Source: Alphaproteobacteria bacterium (GTDB lineage Bacteria > Pseudomonadota > Alphaproteobacteria > CAAHEQ01 > UBA3637). Taken from it: DNA of 64,000 bases. The notes under the pieces are model-generated. The model did not search any database. It was not told the DNA's origin and saw only the letters and a program-made list of their open reading frames with translations. Below are positions 33,562 through 42,618 of this stretch, in pieces (position 1 is the stretch's first letter; each line of letters opens with the position of its first letter). The translations under genes and the position numbers were made by a program. Location of the stretch: contig JAGCVC010000020.1 in NCBI GenBank assembly GCA_017962565.1, positions 161,617 to 225,616 of the forward strand, written 5' to 3'.

Positions 33562-34716
33562 ATGCTAAAAAAAATCAATTGGAAAAGTGTGGTTGTATGC
33601 GGATTGACCGTTTTGATAATCGCTTTTATTGCACATTACAACTTAACAAATCACACGCCCGATGATAAAAAAGTTGTCAGAATAGCCGCTAATTTTCCCT
33701 TAACCGGCGAAGTGGCAATTTATGGAAAATCATTCCAAAACGGATTATTGATGTCTTATGAAGACAACAAAAATCAAATTGCAGGAATGGTAGAATTTGA
33801 CTGGGGTGACAACCAATTTTCTTCCATGAGTACAATCTCTGTTTTACAAAAACAACTGTTTAAAAATCCGACAATTTATACATCAGCATTGAAACCTCAA
33901 ACAGACGCTGTCAGCTCTCAAATATCTGAAGTTGGAATTCCGCATTTTGTATGGATCCCGGACAGGAAAATTAATCAAAACCAAAAACATAATAATTTTC
34001 GGACTTGGGTAAATCTTCAGAATGAAGCAGATTATTTTGTGAATTATGTCATGAAGCTGAAGGCTGATAAAGTTGTTATTTTTCACACAACCACTGCGGC
34101 AAGTCATGAAATTTACAAACATTACATTTCCGAACAACTGAAACAAAAAAATAATGATATTCAAATTCTACTTTTGGAATTTCCAGCCGGTGGTGTTTCA
34201 GATATAAGGACATTAGTCCAAAAAGCAGAACAATTCAAACCGGAAGCAATTATTATCAACGGCTTTATTCAACAAATGACATCCGTAGTTCAATTGCTAA
34301 AAAGTTATGATGTAATAGAAAACAACCGAATCTTAGCTTCGTTTGATATATTGGATGCCTTAGATTCCATTGAGCATTCTGTTTCAAATGATTTAATTGT
34401 TGTTGCCCCTCAGTACATGGTTCATTCTACAGACAAAGAATTAGAATGGGCGAAAAGGTATCGTTCACTTTACAAAGAAGAGCCAAACTACCATGCCGCA
34501 TTTGCTTATGATATGGGATTGGTTATTTGGGACAGCATGAAACGATTAAATCTTCCCGCGACATCGGAACAATGGATTAAAGCCATTCAAGAAACAGATA
34601 TAGAAGGAATTACAGGACGAATTACATTTGATAAAAAGGGTGACATTCAAACAAAAATGTACCTTTCAACAATCAAAGACGGAAAGATTGTTCCCGTTGA
34701 AAGTGAGCAAGAATGA
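33562..34716 (+). CDS. Leu/Ile/Val-type (type I) periplasmic binding protein
   Basis: N-terminal anchor, FPLTGEVAIYG, AAFAYD, EGITGRITFDKKGD. Confidence 0.8.
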   Translation: MLKKINWKSVVVCGLTVLIIAFIAHYNLTNHTPDDKKVVRIAANFPLTGEVAIYGKSFQNGLLMSYEDNKNQIAGMVEFDWGDNQFSSMSTISVLQKQLFKNPTIYTSALKPQTDAVSSQISEVGIPHFVWIPDRKINQNQKHNNFRTWVNLQNEADYFVNYVMKLKADKVVIFHTTTAASHEIYKHYISEQLKQKNNDIQILLLEFPAGGVSDIRTLVQKAEQFKPEAIIINGFIQQMTSVVQLLKSYDVIENNRILASFDILDALDSIEHSVSNDLIVVAPQYMVHSTDKELEWAKRYRSLYKEEPNYHAAFAYDMGLVIWDSMKRLNLPATSEQWIKAIQETDIEGITGRITFDKKGDIQTKMYLSTIKDGKIVPVESEQE

Positions 34717-35792
34717 AAAAATTTTTAATCGGACTGTTTGTTATCTTATGTTTATTCGCAGCCGGATACAATGCCTATCGTTCCAAGCAGCAAAACACAT
34801 CCGACAAGAAAAATGTTTATGCCGTTCTGCCCATTTCCGGTCCGTTTACGGAATATGTTAAAGTTGTTAAGGAAACAATCAAGTTATGGCAAGAAGACCA
34901 TCCAAATGCACCTTTTCAGATTACTTATTTAGATTCTGAATCTAATCCCGGAAAGACTGTTTCAATGATTCATCAAATGGCCTCTGATGAAACGCACCCC
35001 TTGTTTATTACATCGATGTCTTTGATTAACTCCGCTATTTTGCCGGTTGTAGAAAGATTAGATGGTTTTAACTTTGCAATCACAATGACTTCCATTAAAC
35101 CGGAATTTAAAAACTCGCACTTTCAAAAAATGTCCCATAGTGGTGAGGATGAGTTAGTACCTATACTGAATTATTCCAAAAAATTTAAACAGATTGCTCT
35201 TTTTTATACAAATGAAGAGTTTGGTTTATATAGCGAGAAGTTCATAACCAAGAATCTAGAAAATACTGATTCAAAAGTTGTTTCCGTTATTCCAATAGAA
35301 CTGTTCAGCCTGAATAACAGAATTGAAGTATTAAAAGGATTGTCGGAAAAACCAGATGCCGTTTTAGTGCTGGGTTTACCAACAATGGGGGTACTGAATA
35401 TCATCCGTGAATTACATGCTCAAGAATATACCGGAACTATTATTGTCAGTTCTTCTTTCGTACATGATTATATTGTTAAAACCATGGAAAACGATATGGA
35501 AGGAATTATTGCTCCGTTTATTGATCTAAATCAGTTAGATTCTGAATTCAAAAAGAAGTTAACAGAGCATAATATTAACATCAACTTTTCAACAGCAGAG
35601 TTGTATGATGTCTTAAACATCATTGATTACACATTTAAAAACAATCTGCCTTTCAATCAAGAAACTTACACAAAAATGGGTAAATGGTCCGGAGTAGCGG
35701 GCGATGTGACTTTTCCTGGAAATGGAGACAGCTTATACCCATTTATCCTTGTCCAATACAAAAATGGACAATTTATTCCCGTTGAAAAATAA
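34713..35792 (+). CDS. Leu/Ile/Val-type (type I) periplasmic binding protein
   Basis: LPISGP, YLDSESNP, GVAGDVTF..GD; paralogous C-terminus to the upstream gene. Confidence 0.75.
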   Translation: MKKFLIGLFVILCLFAAGYNAYRSKQQNTSDKKNVYAVLPISGPFTEYVKVVKETIKLWQEDHPNAPFQITYLDSESNPGKTVSMIHQMASDETHPLFITSMSLINSAILPVVERLDGFNFAITMTSIKPEFKNSHFQKMSHSGEDELVPILNYSKKFKQIALFYTNEEFGLYSEKFITKNLENTDSKVVSVIPIELFSLNNRIEVLKGLSEKPDAVLVLGLPTMGVLNIIRELHAQEYTGTIIVSSSFVHDYIVKTMENDMEGIIAPFIDLNQLDSEFKKKLTEHNININFSTAELYDVLNIIDYTFKNNLPFNQETYTKMGKWSGVAGDVTFPGNGDSLYPFILVQYKNGQFIPVEK

Positions 35793-35801
35793 TTTATTTA
35801 A

Positions 35802-36380
35802 TTACCAATTATGCATCATTACTTCAAAATATCCCTTTTCGTGATCGCAGCTGGGACATTTTTCGGGCGGTTCTTCGCCCGTCATGATATAACCGCAATT
35901 ACTGCACTGCCAAACAACTTTTTCGGCTCGTTTAAAAACAGTTCCCTTAAAAATATTATCGGCCAATTCCATATACCTTTTTTCATGTCCTTTTTCAGAT
36001 ACTGAAACAGCCCGCCAAACCGCAGCGATTTCAGAAAAACCTTCCTTTTCTGCGATTGAAGCAAATGCCGGATATAAAATTTCACCTTCTTCATGTTCGT
36101 TTTGTGCCGCTTCACGCAAATTTTCCAAAGTCGAACGAATAAGGCCGGCGGGATAAGTTGCTCCTATTTCAACATCTCCGCCTTCCAAAAATTTAAAAAA
36201 GCGTTCGGCATGTTCTTTTTCCTGATTTGCAGTTAAAGTAAAGATATTAGATATTTGAACAAATCCTTCTTTTTTAGCCTGTGAAGCCCAAAAAGTATAA
36301 CGATTGCGCGCTTGCCCTTCTCCTGCAAATGAAATTAGCAAATTTCTTTCTGTTTGAGTTCCTTTGATTGATTTTGTCAT
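35802..36380 (-). CDS. rbr: Rubrerythrin
   Basis: FAGEGQARNRY, EKEHA, EKGH, C-terminal CSNC/CPSC rubredoxin domain. Confidence 0.95.
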   Translation of the reverse strand: MTKSIKGTQTERNLLISFAGEGQARNRYTFWASQAKKEGFVQISNIFTLTANQEKEHAERFFKFLEGGDVEIGATYPAGLIRSTLENLREAAQNEHEEGEILYPAFASIAEKEGFSEIAAVWRAVSVSEKGHEKRYMELADNIFKGTVFKRAEKVVWQCSNCGYIMTGEEPPEKCPSCDHEKGYFEVMMHNW

Positions 36381-36489
36381 TTTGTTTCTCCTTTTCCAAA
36401 ACAAATGAAAAATAGAATAAACAAACTTTAATTGAAACCACTTTTAAAAAATAAAATAGAGTTGTATGAAACAAAAGATATTCTTTTAT

Positions 36490-36526
36490 AAAAAAAACAC
36501 CACCTGAAATCAAATCAGGTGGTGGT
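36490..36526 (-). terminator. Terminator of the ankyrin gene
   Basis: CACCACCTGA/TCAGGTGGTG stem with adjacent A-run. Confidence 0.75.
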
Positions 36527-36546
36527 AATTTCAATCACAACGAATT

Positions 36547-37275
36547 TTAAGCCCGTTTGCGACAATTGTCTTCTCTTCGGAAAGCAAAGGGAAACCTGCT
36601 GCTGACTTTTCGTACTTGACTTAACTTACTGCCAATACGTTTGTCATAAGCATCTTTAATCATTGCTTCCTGTTCTTTATCTCTGACAAAGTTTGTGTAC
36701 ACCGCACCTAAAGCAGTAAGACCATCATCATCCGCTTCGGTAGGATCAGCACCGCGATTAATTAAAAATCCTATAAGATCCTTGTTCGAATTATTTTCGT
36801 TATTTCCTCCAAGAACTGCCAATATCAAAGGTCTGGCACCGCGATTTCCTCTTGCATTGGGATTTGCGCCTCTGACAACCAAATCTTTAATTCTTTCTTC
36901 ATCACAATGATTTGCAATTGACCAAAGCAAAGCTTCATCCAATACTTTTTTATCTGTAATTTTGAAAACAACACTTTCATAGATACATTCTTTATCACAA
37001 GCCATTGCTGACATCAGTATTTCTTTATCAACTTTAGCTCCTTTTACAAGCAATGCAGCTACAATATTTTCTTTTTCTTTATCAATTGCTTTTGCTAAAA
37101 TAGTTCTTCCGTATTTGTCCGTCATATTAATGTCAGCACCTTTTTCAAGTGCTGTGCTTATTTGTTTCCAAATAACTTCTTGCGAAGGATTATCAAAATT
37201 AACCTTATTAAAGTTAGGCTTTCTCTTTCTACGAGGAAGCATTAAAACTGCTTTTTTCAAAAAGCTTCTAGCCAT
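36547..37275 (-). CDS. Ankyrin-repeat protein
   Basis: GADINMTDKYGRTIL, GANPNARGNRGARPL, GADPTEADDDGLTAL. Confidence 0.88.
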   Translation of the reverse strand: MARSFLKKAVLMLPRRKRKPNFNKVNFDNPSQEVIWKQISTALEKGADINMTDKYGRTILAKAIDKEKENIVAALLVKGAKVDKEILMSAMACDKECIYESVVFKITDKKVLDEALLWSIANHCDEERIKDLVVRGANPNARGNRGARPLILAVLGGNNENNSNKDLIGFLINRGADPTEADDDGLTALGAVYTNFVRDKEQEAMIKDAYDKRIGSKLSQVRKVSSRFPFAFRREDNCRKRA

Positions 37276-37329
37276 TTTATTTTCTCCATTTCTATAATAA
37301 TACATCTAAAAAAACATCACAATTGCATC

Positions 37330-37358
37330 ATAATAGCACTCTTTTTAAAAAAAGTCAA
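37330..37358 (-). promoter_or_regulatory. Sigma70-type promoter of the ankyrin gene
   Basis: Minus strand TTGACT-17 nt-TATTAT with TGn. Confidence 0.65.
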
Positions 37359-37397
37359 CTTTTTTCGCAAAAATTTTAAATGTACTGAATTTCAATG

Positions 37398-37793
37398 TTA
37401 TTGGAGCTGTTTAATTCGGCTGACGACAGCAAAAAAACCATTACGGCGGGTGGGTGATAAATGTGTAGATAACCCCAATTGTTCAAAAATTTGTTCTATC
37501 GGCACTTGCTTAATTTGTTCTGCATTTTTTCCGCTGTAGGCTGATAAAATAATTGCAATCAACCCTTTAACAATCAAAGCATCACTGTCAGCCAAGAAAG
37601 TATAACAGTCGTTGGCATCCTTTTGTGAAACAAGCCAAACTTGGCTCATACAGCCTTCCACTTTGTTTTCATCTGTCCGACAATCTGAAGGAAGGGCATC
37701 AAGCCCTTCCCCCAGTTCAATTAAATACCGATACTTATCTTCCCAATCTTCTAAAAAAGAAAAGTTGGATAATATTTCATCAATAGATACCAT
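37398..37793 (-). CDS. sufE: Cysteine desulfuration protein SufE
   Basis: DWEDKYRYLIELG, VEGCMSQVW, DSDALIVKG, LSPTRRNG. Confidence 0.95.
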   Translation of the reverse strand: MVSIDEILSNFSFLEDWEDKYRYLIELGEGLDALPSDCRTDENKVEGCMSQVWLVSQKDANDCYTFLADSDALIVKGLIAIILSAYSGKNAEQIKQVPIEQIFEQLGLSTHLSPTRRNGFFAVVSRIKQLQ

Positions 37794-39245
37794 TTAACTT
37801 CCTAATAAAACCATAGGATCTAACATTTCATCACTAACCTTTTGGCCATTAATGAAAAGATCGTTTTTGTTAGTTTCTATCTTAAATTGCAAAGCATCTT
37901 TACCCTTTTCATCTTTGACTTTTGAAGCGGTACTTGCAAACGGACGCAAAGCATCTAATACACCACGCCCTTCGTCACAAACCGCATCATAACGTGCTCT
38001 GAATTCTTCATTTTTGATTCTGTTTTCTAACATTTGATTTATCAATTCTTGACAAGCAGCTTCATCTATTTTTCTGGGCTCAGGAGCTAAATATTCAAAA
38101 TTGGTTATTTGCAATGTTCCTTGGAAAGTTTCACGTTCAGGAACAGCTTTTCCTTTTAAGACAATTGCATATTTATCTGCGTCTACGGAAATTTTATTAA
38201 CATCAATTTTCATATCTTTCAATAATGCATCCATAGCATCATCTATTTCCTTTTGAACGCTCTTCAAGATAACGCTCTTTCGAGGTGATTCCGGCAATGC
38301 CTCTGTTTCTGCCAATTTACCGTTTGCTTCGGAAAGATTTGTTAATTGAGTAACCGTAAAGCCCGTTGCAACAACATCCATAGCTATTTGAGACGGCAAC
38401 TCTTTGCCAATTCCATTCTGTTTAATGTCATTTAAGTCCAAATTAAAACTAACTGTAAGATTTTGATTGGACATATCCTGTTTTAAATCCAACAATTGCT
38501 TTAAGTTGAAACTTATCGTGCCCTCTTTTCCAGGAAGGAAAGAAGAAAATTTAACACCGTTGAAACTCATGTTTTGTTCAACATGCGGTGTATTAATTAT
38601 TTGTTCCAACGGCGAATGGGCTTTTGATGTTTCAGGAACAGATACAGCAAAATCGGCTGATTGAACCGTTAAAGATGCCAACGGATGTGACAAAGTAATT
38701 CCTTGTGCGGACATTTTATCTTCTTGCTTAACTTTCGAATCAGACAATATTTTCGCTACATCGGAAAAAAGTAATGATGAAACCGAAAGGGATGTACTAT
38801 TTTCGAAGGGAACCTTTAAATCATTCACCGACACTTCCTGTTTTTCGATGAAACCTAATGCAGGAATAAATTTTGCGACATAATTAATTCCCGAATAAGA
38901 TGCTTTTCTTTCCTTCAACACTTTTTCTAATGAAGGAGAAAAATAAGCCAGCTTATCTAATTTTATAGTATAACTTTTATCCGAACCGACAGTGCCGTCT
39001 TCCATAACAGGGAAAGAAAAACCGGAAACAACTTCTCCTCCTACGGCAGTTCCATCCGGAACAGATACTTCAAATCCTTTTACCACCGGTCTGATTGATG
39101 GATCTGTCTTATATTCTACATCTGCAGACATAACATGATTTTTAACCATTTTGACAATTTCATTTGCCACTGACGTATCTTGCGCAGCCAATGCCACAGT
39201 TGAAACGGAAGCCAAAATCAATCCTAAAAAATATGTTTTTTTCAT
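37794..39245 (-). CDS. Hypothetical secreted beta-rich protein
   Basis: Signal peptide MKKTYFLGLILASVSTVALA; RBS AAGGAG; C-terminal LFINGQ. Confidence 0.65.
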   Translation of the reverse strand: MKKTYFLGLILASVSTVALAAQDTSVANEIVKMVKNHVMSADVEYKTDPSIRPVVKGFEVSVPDGTAVGGEVVSGFSFPVMEDGTVGSDKSYTIKLDKLAYFSPSLEKVLKERKASYSGINYVAKFIPALGFIEKQEVSVNDLKVPFENSTSLSVSSLLFSDVAKILSDSKVKQEDKMSAQGITLSHPLASLTVQSADFAVSVPETSKAHSPLEQIINTPHVEQNMSFNGVKFSSFLPGKEGTISFNLKQLLDLKQDMSNQNLTVSFNLDLNDIKQNGIGKELPSQIAMDVVATGFTVTQLTNLSEANGKLAETEALPESPRKSVILKSVQKEIDDAMDALLKDMKIDVNKISVDADKYAIVLKGKAVPERETFQGTLQITNFEYLAPEPRKIDEAACQELINQMLENRIKNEEFRARYDAVCDEGRGVLDALRPFASTASKVKDEKGKDALQFKIETNKNDLFINGQKVSDEMLDPMVLLGS

Positions 39246-39255
39246 TTTTTCTCCT

Positions 39256-39468
39256 TTATTCCAAATCTTCCGGTAAAATCGACATATTAAAATCGTACGA
39301 AGTTTCACCTTCATCTTCATTTTTATAAACAACGCCGATAAATTGACTGCCCAACGAAACTTCAGCCGGAGCATCTTTACCGGTACCTTCATTCAAAAAG
39401 ATGTCTTCATTGGAAAACAACTTTCGAAAATAAGCTTGCACTTGTTGCATTTCTGATTTTTTAAACAT
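39256..39468 (-). CDS. DUF3126 family protein
   Basis: QAYFRKLF, AEV...FIGVVY..EDEGETSYDFNMSIL. Confidence 0.85.
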   Translation of the reverse strand: MFKKSEMQQVQAYFRKLFSNEDIFLNEGTGKDAPAEVSLGSQFIGVVYKNEDEGETSYDFNMSILPEDLE

Positions 39469-39554
39469 AAAAACCCCTTTTTTATATATGCATTCTTATC
39501 ATAATTCAAAAAAAACTTTTTAAAAAGCTTTTTTTTATATATAATCCAAAAATC

Positions 39555-40505
39555 ATGCAAAAACAGATAGAATTAGCTCCTATGTTAGACTGGACAGATA
39601 CGTTTTTCCGCCAGTTTTTCCGCCTGATTAGTCATCATATGCCGCTTTACACGGAAATGGTAGCTGAGCAGGCATTAGCTCATGGGAGCATCGAAAAGTT
39701 ATTATCTTTTAATCCGATTGAACAACCTTTAGTTTTACAAGTAGGTGGCAGTACACCTGATTTAATGGCAAATGCAGCTCATCTTGCAGAACAAAAAGGA
39801 TTTAAAGCCATAAACATCAACGCAGGTTGCCCATCTGAACGTGTCCAAGCCGGTTCCTTTGGAGCCTGTTTGATGTCAGAACCACAAAAAGTGGTGGAAT
39901 GTGTAAAAGCAATGAAGGCTCAAACACAAATACCCGTTACGATTAAAACACGAATTGCGTTGGATACACCAAACGACTCGACAGACGGATTTGAAGCGTG
40001 TTGTCATTTTATTGAAACAACGGCCAATGCCGGATGTAATCGCTTTATCATTCATGCACGCAAAGCTCGATTAAAAGGAATGACACCAAAAGAAAATCGC
40101 AAAAAGTTACCAATCAATTATGAATTAGTTTATCGAATTAAAGAAAAATTTCCTGAACTTGAAATTTTAATCAACGGGCAAATTTTAAGTATATTGGAAA
40201 TCCAAGAACATTTAAAATATACTGATGGTGTTATGATTGGGCGTTGGGCATATGCAAATCCTTATGACTTTATCGAATTTGATAAATTGTTTTATAATGA
40301 CAATCACCCGATTTTAAGTCGGAAACAAATTATTCAGCATCTGTTTCCTCTGATTGAAAAGCATGAAAAACCTTTACATGTAACACGTCATTTAATGGGA
40401 TTATATGCAAAAACACCTTTTTCAAAAAAATGGAAACAAATACTACTGGAAAATGATTTGACCAAATTTGAAGATTTTATGAAAAGTTCAACTGACCTTC
40501 CATAA
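39555..40505 (+). CDS. dusA: tRNA-dihydrouridine synthase DusA
   Basis: LAPMLDWTD, ININAGCPSERVQAGSFGACLM, IHARKA, DGVMIGR. Confidence 0.92.
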   Translation: MQKQIELAPMLDWTDTFFRQFFRLISHHMPLYTEMVAEQALAHGSIEKLLSFNPIEQPLVLQVGGSTPDLMANAAHLAEQKGFKAININAGCPSERVQAGSFGACLMSEPQKVVECVKAMKAQTQIPVTIKTRIALDTPNDSTDGFEACCHFIETTANAGCNRFIIHARKARLKGMTPKENRKKLPINYELVYRIKEKFPELEILINGQILSILEIQEHLKYTDGVMIGRWAYANPYDFIEFDKLFYNDNHPILSRKQIIQHLFPLIEKHEKPLHVTRHLMGLYAKTPFSKKWKQILLENDLTKFEDFMKSSTDLP

Positions 40506-40571
40506 CTCATTGACTTTTACTAAAATTTGTGGTATACATACTTCCATGTTAATCATGAAAGGAGATACTTT

Positions 40572-40970
40572 ATGAACAAAAAATTTACATCCATTGCAGC
40601 AGCAGCCTTACTTGTAGGTGCGGGAATTTCCAATAAAGCAAAGGCCGATGATGTTTCCTTAGAAGAAAAAAGGGAGCGTATTATTAACTTATTGTCTGTT
40701 CCTCCTGCCCAACCATCTGTTGTTGTACTTCAACCGACACAAACCGTCATAAAAGAAGTTACTCCAATCGTCATTGTTAAAAAACCGGTTCCGAAACCAG
40801 TTGTTATTGTTGTAGAACCAGTCCTTCCTCCACCACCCCCACCGGTAATTATCAGACCTGTTTCACCTATTTATATAAAACCGATAGAACCTATACTTCC
40901 TCCTCCCCCAATAATTATCAAACAGGGTAAAAGACCGGCACCTCCTCGACAAGGTGGACGTCATCGTTAA
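40572..40970 (+). CDS. Small secreted proline-rich protein (cassette 1)
   Basis: RBS GAAAGGAG, signal peptide MNKK...ISNKAKA, LPPPP runs. Confidence 0.7.
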   Translation: MNKKFTSIAAAALLVGAGISNKAKADDVSLEEKRERIINLLSVPPAQPSVVVLQPTQTVIKEVTPIVIVKKPVPKPVVIVVEPVLPPPPPPVIIRPVSPIYIKPIEPILPPPPIIIKQGKRPAPPRQGGRHR

Positions 40971-40971
40971 T

Positions 40972-41003
40972 AAAAAAAAGCCTTCGAAAAGAAGGCTTTT
41001 TTT
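40972..41003 (+). terminator. Terminator of cassette 1
   Basis: AAAAGCCTTC-GAAAA-GAAGGCTTTT. Confidence 0.8.
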
Positions 41004-41059
41004 ATTTCAATTTTCACATTGAAAAATATCTTGACTTTTGTCAACTTTTATTATATTAT
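40992..41059 (+). repeat. Duplicated terminator-arm/promoter block, copy 1
   Basis: Identical to 41452-41518 except one T in the T-run; contains TTGACT-17-TATTAT. Confidence 0.9.
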
Positions 41060-41091
41060 GCCCGCACATTAATTGTGAAAGGAAAAATTTT

Positions 41092-41430
41092 ATGAATAAA
41101 AAACTTTTAACATCTGTCGTGGCTTCTGGATTACTTCTTTGCAGTATTTCTAATAAAGCAGAATCCGCTGAGCGTTCACCTCATTCCGCACCAAAGATTA
41201 CTAGAATTTTCATTGGCCAACCACAGGCTCCACAACAAAACGTGCCTGTAACCAATCAAAAAATAATAATGAAATCGGCTTCGCGTACCATAATCGTAAA
41301 TACCAAGTCGACAACTCCGGTAACTATCGTTAAAGAGCAACATCAAAAAGGCAGAACCATTATCAAAAAAGAACCAAATAAAATAACGATTATCGAGCAA
41401 CGTGTTCGTGCTGATCAAAAGACCCGTTAG
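41092..41430 (+). CDS. Small secreted basic protein (cassette 2)
   Basis: RBS GAAAGGA, signal peptide MNKK...ISNKAESA paralogous to cassette 1. Confidence 0.7.
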   Translation: MNKKLLTSVVASGLLLCSISNKAESAERSPHSAPKITRIFIGQPQAPQQNVPVTNQKIIMKSASRTIIVNTKSTTPVTIVKEQHQKGRTIIKKEPNKITIIEQRVRADQKTR

Positions 41431-41451
41431 AAAATGAAAAGCCTTTGAAAA

Positions 41452-41518
41452 AAGGCTTTTTTATTTCAATTTTCACATTGAAAAATATCTTGACTTTTGT
41501 CAACTTTTATTATATTAT
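41452..41518 (+). repeat. Duplicated terminator-arm/promoter block, copy 2
   Basis: See copy 1. Confidence 0.9.
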
Positions 41519-41551
41519 ACAAATGCATAGCAATTATGAAAGGAAAACATT

Positions 41552-41767
41552 ATGGATAAATTAGCTATTGTTGCTTTAGCTTTTGCTTCAAAACCTTCGC
41601 AGAGAACAGATGTTATGGCTTCCCCAAAAATTTCTGCTTCTCCGCTTTCTAATATCGATTCGAGAGTTTCCAAAAAACAGTTTCCTGCTGTTCCCCCAAA
41701 AAATATTACCCCACACGGCTCATTTTTCGTAGCCGGCAAACGTACACGATCAGAACGTCGTCGTTAA
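41552..41767 (+). CDS. Small basic protein (cassette 3)
   Basis: RBS GAAAGGA, duplicated promoter upstream, related hairpin at 41789-41812. Confidence 0.55.
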   Translation: MDKLAIVALAFASKPSQRTDVMASPKISASPLSNIDSRVSKKQFPAVPPKNITPHGSFFVAGKRTRSERRR

Positions 41768-41810
41768 TAAATATTTTAGCAAGTTCATAAAAGCCTTCAA
41801 TTGAGGGCTT

Positions 41811-42584
41811 TTATTTTATCTGAACAACAATCGGAGCGTGGTCAGACGGTTTCTCACAAGATCTGTATTCCTTCAACACATCTGCACAAACGATTTTTTC
41901 TTTAAAATAATCAGAAGACAAAAAAATGTAATCTAAAAAAATGCCGTGATTGCGAGGCCATGCCCCTCCTTGGAAATCCCAGAAAGTATAAAACTCTTCA
42001 TTTTGATGATATTCCCGCATCGGATTTTCCATCGGTAAAGATAAAAGCTCTCTGAAGGCCTGACGCACCGGAGGTATCATCAAAACACTGTTTTCAAAAA
42101 GAGCCGGATTATAGACATCTTTATCTTGTTCGATAACGTTGAAATCACCACCGACAATATATTTTTCAATTCCTTGTAAGTATTTTTTTAAAGCTGCTAA
42201 CCATTTCAACTTGTACTCTAATCTGGATGTATCTGTCGGATCGTTAGCAGGAGCTTGTCCGTTTGGCACATAAACACTGATTAAATGTGTGCCGTCAGAT
42301 TGAACAGCTTCCACAAAACGTGCTTGATCTTCAAACCCCTCTAATGCCACGGATTTCAAAGTTATTGGCTCTTTACTTAAAACAGCTACTCCGTTCCACG
42401 CTTTCTGTCCTGAAATAACACTTTCATATCCGACCGACTTTAATTCAAAGAAAGGGAACTTATCTTCTTCAACCTTAATTTCTTGCAAAAAAACAATATC
42501 CGGTTTTTCTTTTTCCAACAGCATAAGTAATGTATCCATCCTTGCTCGAATCGAAGCTACATTCCAAGAAATAATTTTTTTCAT
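41811..42584 (-). CDS. xth: Exodeoxyribonuclease III
   Basis: ISWNV, LQEIK, NGVA, YVPNG, GDFN, SDHAP. Confidence 0.95.
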   Translation of the reverse strand: MKKIISWNVASIRARMDTLLMLLEKEKPDIVFLQEIKVEEDKFPFFELKSVGYESVISGQKAWNGVAVLSKEPITLKSVALEGFEDQARFVEAVQSDGTHLISVYVPNGQAPANDPTDTSRLEYKLKWLAALKKYLQGIEKYIVGGDFNVIEQDKDVYNPALFENSVLMIPPVRQAFRELLSLPMENPMREYHQNEEFYTFWDFQGGAWPRNHGIFLDYIFLSSDYFKEKIVCADVLKEYRSCEKPSDHAPIVVQIK

Positions 42585-42618
42585 TGATTTTTTTTCCTCT
42601 TATCCTATAATTTACTTT

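Noticed and set aside
40972-41812. Repeated hairpin blocks as a CRISPR array or integron attC sites
   Set aside because: Spacing is gene-sized and irregular; no cas or integrase gene in the window; the repeats are explained as terminator plus promoter
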